From positions 1 to 64,000 of the forward strand of contig MNCI01002112.1 in NCBI GenBank assembly GCA_015680685.1: 64,000 bases of DNA. The letters run 5' to 3'. Shown here piece after piece: positions 29,601 to 42,521 of this stretch. The notes under the pieces were generated by a model. That model did not search any database. It was given only the letters and a program-made list of their open reading frames with translations, and was not told the DNA's origin. How positions within the stretch are numbered: position 1 is the stretch's first letter; each line of letters opens with the position of its first letter. This DNA comes from Gnetum montanum. Its lineage: Eukaryota; Plantae; Gnetophyta. Position numbers and translations under genes: made by a program.

Positions 29601-30010
29601 TTTAACTAGTTTTATGCTAGGATCAAGGATAGTGTTATGGTGTATTATGCGAGGATTCAAGTTTAGCATATCCTTGTAGGACCATGCAAATGCCTTGATG
29701 TTATCATTAAGGACTTTTGAGATGCTTTCTTTGATTTTAGGCTCTAATAAGGAACTAAGCTTCAATGTCTTCACCTCGCCTTTACATGTTGTTACAGGGA
29801 CTTCCATGAGAGGATCCTCAATTACATTGCCTACCTCTAGGTCTAGAGCTCTAACTAGATGGTCTGGCCAATCTAGAGATGTCTCTAGGGCTGCTACATT
29901 TGTGTCATAATTCATAGGCTCAAAGTCCAAAATTTTAGTGTTTGTGCATCCCATCCAATCAAGACCAAGGGAAAATGAAGATGGTTGTATACATTCATGT
30001 TGCAATCCTG
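26610..30010 (-). pseudogene. pol: Degenerate pol of copy B
   Basis: ORFs 29013-29258 (MPFGLKN..YQHAM) and 29598-30014 (LDWPDHL..FAWSYKDM), plus integrase remnants. Confidence 0.9.
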
Positions 30011-30631
30011 CCAAGGATCTAGCAAAACAACTAGAATAATGTCAAGCGACACCTACCTTAATAAAGTAATATATATAAAATAAGGAATACAATGTTATGA
30101 AAATTTTCCTAACTTTGTAGTTGTACGATTAGGTAAGAAAGTGTGTAAATTAATTTTGGAACCTTGACTGGCCCTAGGATTACCAGTTTAAGGTTGTAGT
30201 GGATCATGGTTTACGTAAGACACATTGCTTTAGGCAATGCTTGAAAGGTTTTGAATTTGGGACTACGTTAGGAATTTTTTAGAAAATGAAAAAAATGCAA
30301 AAAAAAATTTTGAAGTATGGGAATGCTGGAAAAGATAGAAAATGTTTCTAACTTTGGGAGCTATGCTTGTCCCACGTTACGTGTGGATCATGGAATAGTC
30401 TTGCATTACACATTGGACATGGGATAGTACCTAGAAGGGTGACGTGTCCTTCACCTTGAAAACGTATAAATAGGATTTTTACCATAGTAAACCTATCATT
30501 TTAAAAATTTGAAATAAATAATTACCAAGCATAGCGTAGCCAAGATGAAGGGAGTTAGAGCATAGTGATGAAAAAGAAGAAGTCAGAGCATAGCAAAGAG
30601 GAAGAGGAAAGAAAGAGCATAACCATCAACC

Positions 30632-33600
30632 ATGAAACACCTTAGTGAACATCAACATCCTAGCCTCACCAATGTGGATGAAGGAGAATGTGCATTGTAG
30701 CACCTTCTTAGGGCATGCATAGAGGATCATAGGGAGATGTTGTCAACAAGGTAAGATGTGATGCTCTACCCTTGTGATTTCTTTCCTTTACTTGTTTGCC
30801 TCAAGGTTTTGGGATTTTTTAGGGTGGCTTGCCCTAGGTAGGGACCACCACCATTACCATGGCTATCATGTAGCCATAGCTAGGAGAGGGAGTGCATGTG
30901 GTGAATTTTATGGGTTTTTCAATTTTCTGAATTTTTTGTACATGATTTTTGCTGCATGCTATGTGTGACATTGGACAAGGATTTTCGGTGTCCCATGTGT
31001 GACGTAGACTAAGGGTTTTAGGTGTCTTACACATGATGTGGGATAGGGTTGGAATGATTTTTTATAATGTGAAATTAGAGCATAACTATTAGGGTTAAGT
31101 GGCATCAAGCACCAAATCATAGTAGAGTAGGTAGGAAAAATGTAAGGGTTATAGCCATCTCATCTAGATTTTTATATTTTGGAGTGTTACACTCTAATGC
31201 TACGCTTTTACAAATTTGAAACATTTTTGGACTTCCCCATATTCAAGGTACACTCTTGTGAGCTTGACAAAAAGAATTTTGAAAAAATTTTGATTTTCAA
31301 GTGTTACGCTCTGTAGGTAGAATGGCCACACATATAAATTTTGCAATTCTTTTGAAGGTTATGCTTTGTAGGCAACATAGCCAATAGTTAAAAATTTTTG
31401 TAGTTTTCCAATGGTTACACTCTATGGGGAGCATAGCCAACACTTAGAAAAAAATTTAAAATTTTGAGGGTTACACTCTATTGGGAGTGTAATCAAAAAT
31501 TAGCAAATTGTTTTTTTGATATTTTCAAAGTTATAATGTTTGTAAATGTAAAATGTAGGTATTAGTGTTGTGCCCTGTTAGGGACTAGGCACATTAGATG
31601 GATATGCCAACATCCCTCTCCCGCGGGGCTTGTTGCAAAAGCTAAGGGTTTTATTAATGTGCTAAGTATAATTTTTATGCATTTTTTATATAATGCTAAC
31701 ATTCTCCTCTTGTTGGTGTTGTGGCTATAGGATACTATTGAAACCCATCCTCATCATGGTTGAGCTAGTGGGTATCTTGTGTTGTATGAGTGAACCTATG
31801 TTGAATGTACCTACACCAAACACACATGTGGGTCACTAGGTAGTATGGTTTAGATTAGGAGCACAAGAGTTCCTAGAATTTTTGCTTAGCCACTTTAGTG
31901 TGATGATATGGTCACACTTGGAAATGGAAGTAGCTGATGTCATAACAAAAATGCTATTTCTTGGGGAAAATTGGAGTATCCTAAGGTTTATATTTGATGA
32001 GCCTATTGGCAATGAAGGAGTAGGGAGTTTATGCTAGATCCTCAGGGGCCTTAGACCTTTATTTAGGATCTAGTAGATGCCAAAATTCCAGTGCTACAAG
32101 AAGAACAACATGTTGTTTGTTGCTCATCATGTACATACCCTTTTTTAGAACCCACCTAGAATAGTATATTATGATGAAGGGTGAGTCCTCTTGCTATTTT
32201 TGATACTGTCCATTTGATTATGACTCATACTAAGATGCTAACTAGTTATGTCTATTACCAAATTCATTATTGACACACATAGCCTCCATGATGAGGAGGG
32301 GACATTGAACTTGACTCTTACTACCCTACAGGAATTCTCATCTTTTGAGAATGTTTGTGCAGCAATGATTGGGCAAATTGGGTTTGACCTAGTAGAATAC
32401 CCTCTTTGGTTTGCTAAGGCCTATGAGAGGTGTCAAGCCTATGCCTAGTTACATGCAGAATGGATGATTGGCATTCCTAGTATCAAGGAAGTTTCAACCC
32501 CACCATCACCATCTCGCACACCATTTATACCATGTAAGTATTGTATGATTATTTTTTCTATGCACTTGTAGCTTTGCTTTTCTCATGTTGTTAACTTTTC
32601 TTTCACCTGTTACAATTGTGATCAAGTTAAGAGAGGTTATAGTGATCACAATAAGATGCATTGATGCCACTTGCATCATGAAATATGATGAGGTTATGAG
32701 TTCACAACATTGGTTGTGCTATGAGGCCTCAATAGAGATAACCAAGAAGCTTCAATACCCTGGACTAATGAGCCTTTTCTTGGTTGTTAGCCTAAGTATA
32801 ATAGTATCCAAGATGATTTCCATCATCAACTCCTTTAGTGAGAGCACTGATCACTTCTTCACGTAATCCCGTGGTGTGTGGGTGATCTTTGACATCATAG
32901 ATGAATTCTTTGTGGACCTCTTTGGCCTCCCCTCTAAGGGTCCATCAATTGCAAAAAAACTAACAAAGACTTAAAGCATAGAGGGGATGTTGAGAAGTGG
33001 CTAGGCATGTCTAAGTTCCATAAAGGAATACAAGTTAAAGAAGTGAGGCTCCTTGTGGTCCACAACCTCTATCCAGTCTTTTGTTCACACACATTTTCAA
33101 AGCTACTCTTCCAAGGAAAGATTCTTGGGGTGGAACAAGCTTGAGTGATGAGTGATGTGATAGAGGAAGGGACATGGTATAGCTAGGCCTCTTACGTTGC
33201 TAGTAGCCTACATGCCAAAATTATTAGATTGTGCCACAACCTCCAAGAGAGATCACACGTGCACTTTGCGTTCTTTGCAGCATGCCTATGAAAATTCACA
33301 AAGTTTTTGGTGGTTCGTAAGGATGGACAGTGGATGGTGCAAGACCACAGGAAAATTTCCAAGCCATGAATCCATCACATGATCAACACCACGCAGGCAT
33401 AGGATCCTCTAGAGGTAATCAGTGAGTCATTTTTCATAACGACCATAGGCAACCTAGGATGATCTCACCACACGTGACAATGCAAGAGAGGCCTCACCAG
33501 CTAACACCAAGAATGTAGCTAAAGGAGCATGGCTCATTGTTGAGATAGTGGGATTGTCTAGGAAAATAATTAAGAAGCCACATCCTATGGAGGAGCCCAT

Positions 33601-34110
33601 ACGTGAAGTGGAGAAGAGTGACAAAAAAATTTGGTTTAAGTTTCATGATGTATGGTTAGGAATCATAGGTAAGTATGAATTATTGGATACTACTATAATA
33701 TGCCATGTTATACTATACTCATTATCGAAAATGCTAATCCTAACTTATGTGATGTAGGAAACAGGGCCTCTATGAAAGTAGTAGAGCCCATAGTGGATGA
33801 TGTCCCTCCTCAACTTGAGGGACAAGTACTAGACAAAGAGGAAAGAGAAGCCATAGATATGCTATGAAAACTTGAAAAAGAAGGGTTGCTACTGTTTGAA
33901 GGGGTGAGTTTGAAAATTTCTTTGATCGTGTGTAGATGGGAAATCCCCCTACTCTCACATGTGAGGGCTTATTGGGTAGGAGCTTTACATTGCCATATTT
34001 TTTTGTTTGTTTTCTTTTAACCCTTACACCCTTAGCTATTGGTTGTCTAATAGTTAGTATGTTTATTGTGTTATAGTTAGTGTTTCTACTGAGCACCTAG
34101 GGCTCACATC
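30632..34110 (+). pseudogene. Accessory multi-exon gene of copy B (exons 1-5)
   Basis: TATAAATA 30465; exon 1 30632-30750 (119 nt), exon 2 31731-32180 (450 nt, same length as D), exon 3 ORF 32248-32448 (IGQIGFDLVEYP), exon 4 ORF 32585-32866. Confidence 0.84.
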
Positions 34111-35909
34111 TATAGCGACCGAAAACATCGACGGCTAGAACCAATGAGAGGTCATTGGTTAGACAATCTTAACCCCATATCCACATGAGGGTCATGCTGA
34201 TTAAAATAGAAATGGGATGCCCTGAATGGTCTGGTCAATCAAACATATACTTAATTAATGTCACTAAACCTTTTGCAAATGCGTAATTTGAAAATAATGT
34301 TTATACTGTAAAATAATGATTATTATATGTGAGGAAATAAAAATGATGTAAAATGCAATGATAAGCAAGAGAATAGAGTAGACTAGAGTTAAGAAATGCA
34401 CTACTTCAAGATTACGACTTTACTTTGTCAAGGTGGACACAATCGGTTGCGCAATGCTGGGAAGCACAAAGATCTAAAAAGTAGCCAAAGATGTTCAAAA
34501 CAAATCAACTGTACGCTTGAATGTGGATTGAAGAGCTAACAATGCAAAATGTTACAAGGAAATAGAAAATGGCTAACAGGATGCCAAATGGGAATGCCAA
34601 TTGTTTGACATTTGTCAACTCGCAAATGTTCTTTCAATTGCCAATTTACCAACTTTCCAGCTTGCTAATACATTTTTCAATTGGTTTGCCAAAAATTTCT
34701 AAGAGCCAAAAAATTTTCCAACCCTTTGAGCGTAGTGGTATTTATAGGACTAGGAGCACGTGAGAAATGTGGTTTGGATGCCATGCATCTTGGACCCATA
34801 ACATGTTGACATGCCCATGTTTCATGGACATGCAAAGCTGATTGATGAGCCTGTTGCACTGCAATTACACTATCAGAATTGGAGATGTTAGGCTTAGGTG
34901 CACCAACGATGCAGACAAGGAGTAAAGCGCACTGACGTAGCATAGCCACCCGCTACACTGTGCTGCACTATGGAGTGTAGCCTATTAGCGTAGCAAAGCT
35001 ACTTGCTATGCTATGTAGTGTAGCATACCATAGCTAGTAGTTTGAAGAATAAATATGCATTGGAGCTAATTGCAAGTGCTAGAAGCCTTTGAAGTGTATT
35101 GGCTAGTTCTACATGTTTGCTATGCTATGCTATGCTACGTAGTGTAGCATAGCATAGCAGCTGGCCTTAACTACAATTTGCACTTGAGTTGTAAACTTTT
35201 GTCTGATGATTATGCTGACAACTTGCAACCTTTATTCTCTGCAATGTGAAACCTTTGACCTTGCTGATCGTGCATTCTGATATGCCTTTTATCGTTCTTG
35301 CATCATTGCTATGTTGTGCTACGCTGCGTAGCATAGCATAGCGTAGTAGCCAACATAGCCTACTTTTTACTTAATCTGCTACTTTTCTAGTAAGGGGGGC
35401 TTTGCTGAAGGACTTGAAGTTAAGTGAAGCAACTGGTTTTGAAGGCCAGAAGTGCTTGTTGAGTGCAATTGAAATCACTGAGTAAGCTGGGCCTTTATGT
35501 CTTACTTTTGCAACGCTCTGCTATGCTGCATATCATAGCAAAACATAGCACTTTGCCTTGCAATAGTTCACAGTTGATTTCTAGAACAACTATCTCCTGA
35601 GGCCTGCTATGCTACATAGTGTAGCGTAGCGTAGCAAACATCTTGACTAGAAAACTTGCGAAACTGTTTCGCGCATCCTGAGCACCACTGACAACCCCAC
35701 GGATCGCTTCTGAGTAGACTGTCAATTGGATGAAGTACCCAGGAGGGCAGGCCAGAGAGTCCATTGGGCCTATCAACATTAGATGTAGAAAACTTGCAAA
35801 CTAGACAATCTATACTTAGAGCATCCATTTCCTACCAAACTATCATGATGCTTCCTGAATTTCAAGGACTTGGTGAACCAATAATGCCTTGAAAATTTAG
35901 TGTGTTTCA
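34111..35909 (-). repeat. 3' LTR of copy C (~1.8 kb)
   Basis: Reverse complement starts TGAAACAC after AGAGGGGCCAA and ends GGTCGCTATA like the copy E LTR. Confidence 0.83.
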
Positions 35910-36550
35910 TTGGCCCCTCTCTGTCGATGTTTGGAGGATGGACCTAAGAGATGTCGACAAAGAATACGAAACACCATGGAAGACAAAACACTAACATCAC
36001 TCTTCAGTGATTTCCAAGATGTCGCTCAGCTATGCTTGAGAGTGCTGCATTGGTTAGGCATGGAAAAGAAAAGGGTTAAGTAGGGAGGAAGGATGTTCAG
36101 GAAAATGGTAAAGATGAAAGTTAGCATAACCCCTTTTCGGAGCACTTGTGAGGGAGTTATTCACATGGTCATCTTTGCTTTTTCTCACCTTCGACCTCTA
36201 GTTGAAATGCTTAGAGAGGGTGATTGTAGAATAGCTTATGTGCCATTTGTTTTAGGCACATTTGTTTTGTACATGAGCTTTTCCTCTCTTACACTTTTAC
36301 CTTTCATTGTTTTGCTATTTACATTTGCAAAAAACCTTGTTGTTGTAGGATAGGTCTTTCTTTCCTAGGATGAGTTGTGTTACATCCACATCGTACTTTG
36401 ACCTGCCTACATGTGCTTCCCATGCGATGAATTGTGTTATGTGCATCATGGACTTCATGGTTGGGAAAATGGGAGGGCTTGACAGCCATCAAGAAAAGCC
36501 ATCAAAGAGGGGAGAGAGTGGATTGCAAGTGTAAGAGATGGAATAAGGTA

Positions 36551-37947
36551 TGAAACACCATGAAAATTGTGAGTCGACCTCAGGCGAAGATTCACGATTT
36601 AGACAAAAGTACATGATAGAATTCCAGAAAGGAGAACAAGGAAAGACAAGGCAAAAAGGCATGCGGCATCAAGACTTCAGTTTCCTTTTGCAGATTTTCT
36701 ATCTTATTATGTTTTCTATTTTTATGCTATCGTACGCAACATAGCGTAATGATGCTTAGCGTAACATAGTCTGATATTAGAAGGCGGTTTACTTCAGCAG
36801 ATGTGGCGAAGCTTAAGGCCTAAGCAGCGTAATATGCGATCTCTCGTGTATTCTGCTAAGTCTTTTGTCCAAGAGCATATTTACACTCTGTTACGCAAAG
36901 TAGCGTAATGAGCTTCGAAAGTGTCACAGAGAATCCAAAGGAAGCGCAACAGGTCAACTCTTTTCTCTTTCTTGCAGATTGATCATCTTACGCTCTTGAC
37001 GCAACGCAGCGTACGTCAGCGTAATTCATCATCAAGCTAATCATTGTTTACGCTTCACTACGCTTGGCAGCATGAACAAGCATAAAGCAACTTGAGTCCA
37101 TTACTTTTGTGCTTTATTACGCTCTTGCATGTGACGCAATGCGTTCGAGCGTAATATAGCCCAAAATCAACTGAGACAATGCCCGATTCACATTTTTTAC
37201 TCATATGCACAATACGCAGATGCGCGTATTGTGTGTAGTCACAAATTTTGACACAAGGATGGTCAAGTCAATGATCTTCTAAGTTTGAAACACGTGTCAT
37301 CACAGCCATGCCTTCTCCACACATTGAAACTTATAAATATCCCAGTTGGCGAAGGAAAAAGGGGGGGGGGGAATAGATGGAGCAACACAGAGAGACAGAG
37401 GAAGAGACTAGCACTTTGGCAATCTTTTGGCAGCACTATCTTTCAATAGAGACAGGAAACATTTTGCTTGAGCATTGGCAGTAGGAGCAATTGGCCCTTT
37501 GGCAAAGACACAACTTTCTCCATTGGTGATCATTGGCAGTTCCCAGCAGAGACTACACAAGGCAAAAGGAGCAGATCAGAGATCAAGAGATCATCTAGCA
37601 TGATTTGTGAGCTCTATTGATCAGAAGCAGTTGATCGATAGACGTCAGAACTTGACCTTCCTTGCATCCCATCTCTGGCCTACGAGGTAGATCAGACTCC
37701 ATTCTATACTTCTGCTTAGACAGTTTTCTTGTTATTTTGTGTTTGCTTCACACAAGGCAATCGGGGTCTCCCCAGTGTAACGTGGTATACAAAATATTCA
37801 TTTTTTGGGTCAAAGCATAGATCTTGAAATNATTCAGGGCACTGTGGATTCGTTTTCTCCAGCACAGCCCTCGCACGGATCCGTGGTTAAGACTGTATAC
37901 ACAGATTTTGTTTGGTATTCTAGGTATCGACATTTTCTATCGTTACA
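36551..37947 (+). repeat. 5' LTR of copy D (contains assembly gap N at 37831)
   Basis: Starts TGAAACACC, ends CGTTACA, aligns to 52225-53791; TATAAAT at 37332. Confidence 0.95.
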
Positions 37948-37953
37948 GTTTTT

Positions 37954-37970
37954 TGGTGTTAGAAGTAGGG
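37954..37970 (+). promoter_or_regulatory. Primer binding site, tRNA-Leu-like
   Basis: TGGTGTTAGAAGTAGGG 6 nt after the 5' LTR; two transitions away from TGGTGTCAGAAGTGGG, the complement of the eukaryotic tRNA-Leu 3' end (recalled, not searched). Confidence 0.75.
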
Positions 37971-38371
37971 CCTAGGCTTCAATTCGTATTTCCTACGGGT
38001 AGCCCTATTAGCGATCTATACCCGCGTTGTCAAAAACATGAACGTAATACCTGTAGGAAAGTTTACGAAAATTTGTGTGGTGTAGATTGATTACTTTAAC
38101 GATTCCTTTAGGATCCTACAAGGTAGAAAGCCTAACCGTGATCTTCTTTGTCCATCGTTTTTTCTTTTAGATCTAGTCATTTATTGTCAATTAATCTACT
38201 TGATTAATGGATTCATTTTACACAACCACAACCACCATGGTCTCCGTTGATTTGGGTGCCACATTTGTGAACCCTATCGCTGTCACTAGACCAGCTTCTG
38301 GTGTAGCAGGACCTCAGGGACCATCGCGTCGGTCGTTGAGATAGTAGGGCAAAGACCTAGTATTCACTGTC

Positions 38372-41300
38372 ATGACCGCTGAGGAATACAACTTCATCTA
38401 CTTCAAGATCCAGGCGAAGCTTGCCCTTAGCCAAGCCGAAATCGAGGCGAAGCGGAATTTCGAGATGATCCATCGAGGGGGTCAGGATTTCACCCCAACA
38501 GCCTATGACATTATCCCTTTAACAGACCATCACCATGAAATTATAACACAGTTGGTCATGGCTAAGATCCAGGCTACACAGCTATGATGGAACCCCAAAA
38601 TGGGGAGGAAGAGGATGATGAATTTGCAACCCAGTTTGAACATTCATATCACACTCTTAGTCCCCATACTTACATCAATCCATCATTCCCTCTCAATGGA
38701 GAAGCCACCCCTCTCAATCCAGCCATGACCACACAAACACACATCCCTGTCATTCCACAAGCCACTACACAACCATATGGGCTGCAAATGCAAATACCCC
38801 ACAATAACATAGGGACAGTTTCATCACCACATGTGCTCAGCATTCCATCGGTGGTTCTAGCATCCACCGTGCCCCACTTCATCCCTCAGATCCAACCTCA
38901 TCCCACATCTACAACTCGCCCGATGTAGACTTTATCACTTCTGCCCCCTCCAACCCAACAGATCACCACCGTCGTGCAGCCACAGATACCTGTCCAAAAG
39001 CTTGCCGCGAGTCAGTGGACCATCCTCGTGGCACAACATAACTAGTTTGCGGTATACGGTGTGCAACCCTTAGTGGCACCTGCAACGCATATTCTGCAGA
39101 TGGTCCTGCAATATCCCTATCCTTATCCAGTGCAGCTGGTGGTGGCTAATCTCTCTTCCCAAACTGGTGAATGGTGGTCTTCACAGGCACCCCTGCCTGT
39201 AGGAATCCCCACCCCACCATCTACCGACCAAACCATCCCACCATTTCCACTTCCTGGCATAGCTTTCCCAGGTCAACCCCCTACTCCTCCTACATAGACA
39301 CCTCCATCAACAGGTCTGGACCAAGCCTTTTTACTTATTCAAACCCTCACTGAGGAGGTTAGGCATCTTAAGGCCGCTGGCTCAGACACTGTATAGATCA
39401 TGGACTTCTACCAAGATGATCCTATTAGTTCAATGGTCCCCATGCTGTCGTTGCCACCAGGGATGTCCTTACCTCATTTTACCAAGCATAATGGGGAGGG
39501 GGATCCTAACACTCACTTGGTCACCTTTAGATCCGAATCCTTGTTGTTGCAACAGTGGCCTCACACGATTATCTGCATCTTTGCTATGTCTTTGACAAGG
39601 AAAGCTCTAGATTGGTATCGAGCCCTCCCACGCTCTTCCATTTCAACCTTGGAAGAGCTTCTAACACAATTTGTGACTCACTTTAAATACAACTTAAAGC
39701 TAGAAGTCACGTTAGATCAACTCATGGGAGTGAAACAAGATCCTCTCAAACCAGTCCAGAGGTTCATACAGCACTGGAATGCTACTTTGAATGAAATCCA
39801 TGAGCCAATTTCGGAGCCACACTTACTGGCCATTTTTAAAGGAGCAGTCAATGACTTTATCAAGTGAAAGCTGTATTATCTTTCCCCTAACTCCTTACAT
39901 CAGGCCTTCGCTCAAACTAGAAGCATCCAAGATGCTACGAAGGCCAGCAAAGACCTGGCGTATGTCGCCTACAGGAACGCTAACAACAAAGGCAAAGACA
40001 AAGGTAAAGTGACGACAATGATAGTAGCTGCGCTGGCTGAGGGCACAAAGAACAAGAATAAGAAGACACCTATGGCGCCTCCTGAGACCATGGCCAGTGC
40101 CGGTAGCACCAGCCAAGACACAGCTGCCCCTGAAGGGCCCCCCAGCCTAAACCAAAATTTGAGCGTAAAGATCGCTCAAAGTATACAGCCCTACCTGTAA
40201 AGCACTGAGAACTGTTGAAACAATTGTTAGGGACAGGATTCATTCAACCCACAAGGATATTCGAAGAGGCTCTGAAGTGTCACAGACGTCACTGTGAACT
40301 GCTGAAGAATCCTTCTTTAGCCTTACCTAACGAACCACCAGTTCCGAAATCTTTCAGGCTAGACCGTTTCTGTGACTACCACCAGTTGTGTGGTCATGAC
40401 ACAGATTACTGCTGGGCGTTGAAGGATGACATTCAATGCATGATCGATGATGGTCATTTGAAACTAGACGGCAGTAGTCCGATGCGTCCAGAAAACCAAG
40501 CATTGCACGTGTATAAGGATCCGTTGAATGCAAACAACGCACCCTATACAATCAATGTGGTGAGTACGGATAGTGAGAGGAAAGTACCACCCAAAAAACC
40601 TTTTGTCTTGCATGTACCTACCAACTCACAATAGGGGGAAAACCTTTCATCGACAGCCAGTGGTGTCTCAAGACCACCCTTCATCATTTGGGCACCTTCT
40701 CAGAATGCCATTCAGCCATGTAGTAACAGCAAAGCTGCGGCCTCATCCGTGCCCATGCCTAGGGCACCCTTCATTCTCAGGGCACTAAAACCACTGGCTA
40801 CTCCTCTCACGTAGGGGCAGGCCTCCAACCAAAACCGTCAACCATCACCCAACAAACAAAAGGGAGAGGACACATTTGTTAACGCTACAAAAGACCACTC
40901 TATGCTCGATTTCCCTAAGCTTAGGCCCCTAGCCTCTATGCCTTGGCCAGCATCTCAGAGGTAGAATAAAGGTGCAGAAATGCAGCCACCTCCTCTCAGT
41001 GAGAAAAAGAATAACCCCCCGACTGACATCATTCGACCTTGGGAGATTCGTCTCTTGGGATGAATGGAAGAAGACAAGGGGAATAAACAACCTAATCGAG
41101 AGAGGAACCTCCTTGACGCATTTACGCAGGTCAAATGGGCTCCGAAACAAAAAAATAAAATGCTGAGCCTCTATGACCTGATCATGACATCCCAAGAACA
41201 CCATGAGGCTATGGTTCGCATGCTGACATCCATACCTATGGATGAAAGCTTACCAGTGGAGGAAGAAGCGATACACGCTGTCATGTTTCCTTCCGAAGCT

Positions 41301-41882
41301 AAGCAACCTAAGCCTACCTCGCTGACCTTTCATGACGAATCCATCAAAGATGATCCTGAGAAAGGTCAGGTGACAACTGAACCCATGTTCATCACCATTC
41401 ATGTTGGTCAGTACCTAATCCGGAGGGTACACATGGATGATGGAGCAGCTACAAATGTCATTCCTTATCCCATCGTGGATAGGTTGGGTCTGCTTGACCA
41501 GATCATTCCCACAATGACAACATGCGTAAATTCATTCAATGGAGCAAGGGTTCAGGTCAAGGGGATGATGCGTATTGAGTTTGTGGCAGGAGATCAATTC
41601 CCAACGGATGCCACATTCCTAGTCGTCAAGGAGATGCCTAGGTTCAACTTGATCCTAGGGAGGTCCTGGTTAGCCCAGCTGAGGGCAGTTTCATCATCGA
41701 TACATCAGGAAATACACCTACTCTATGTAGGAGGGGAGGTCGTAATACGCGGTGATGAAATCACCCCTAGGATTGTCAACAACATTGAAGAAGAATGGGG
41801 TTCGAAGATAGAAACATCAAATGATCAGACCCATCTCCAAATCCCTCAACAAACTAAAATCAACGATGACAATATAGCTTAG
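38372..41882 (+). pseudogene. gag: gag-protease region of copy D (stops and frameshifts; start approximate)
   Basis: Pro/Gln-rich N-terminus, Retrotrans_gag-like segment (GEGDPNTHL...ALDWYRALPRSSI, 39400-39867), Tat/Ogre-type knuckle CDYHQLCGHDTDYC (~40370-40412), aspartic protease VHMDDGAATNVI...NLILGRSWL (41064-41882). Confidence 0.9.
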
Positions 41883-42521
41883 GCCAACCTGCCATTTCAG
41901 GATGGTAGCATGGAGGAGTCAGACTGTAAATCCCCTCGCCCTTACGCAACACTGAACGTAAAGGCCATTAAGAAACAATTGCGAATTAGCAATTGAACTG
42001 AATGGCATTTACGCACATTATTTTGTTTTTACCAATTATCGTTGTTTACACTTAGCAGTCCGTTTCCATCCAGTACATATTTATGCTACAGAAATTTTCA
42101 ATGTTTACACTTGCCATTCCTTATGCTATTGCATTTCTCTTATGTATGCTATTTACGCCTTTTGATCACTTTAGTCCAATTACACAAAAATGTACATTAC
42201 CATCAATTACGCTCTCTATATTATGCACAACGGCCCACAATGGCCTAAAACTAGTTTCCAAATTACGCAAACTCCCATGATGGCCTACAACGGCCTAAAA
42301 CTAGTGACGGCCCGCTATGGCCTTAAACTAGCAATTCCATTCCGTCGCAACATAACTTAGGCAAAACCATTAACAACTACGCTTATGCTTTGCAGATAAA
42401 AACGCAAAAGACAAAAAAACTAAATGACATTTAAAATAGTCACAAAATCTTATAACTAGTCTTTCAGTCATTCACATAACCACTGTTGACTCCAATTAAT
42501 AAAACCATGCGTAAGCTATAA

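Larger units (their letters stand above)
23380..34110 (-). mobile_element. Partial Tat/Ogre-like element (copy B): 3' LTR, 3' UTR, pol, 5' half of accessory gene; interrupted by copy C
   Basis: LTR 23380-24710, PPT at ~24715-24723 (minus), pol remnants 26610-30010. Confidence 0.88.

Noticed and set aside
37831-37831. ~170 bp length difference between the LTRs of copy D as a real deletion
   Set aside because: The missing segment coincides exactly with an N, so it is most likely an assembly gap (another N at 17861)
40130-40215. Programmed gag frameshift
   Set aside because: The frame change falls near a C homopolymer in a decayed copy and no second gag copy is available in the window; a simple indel suffices
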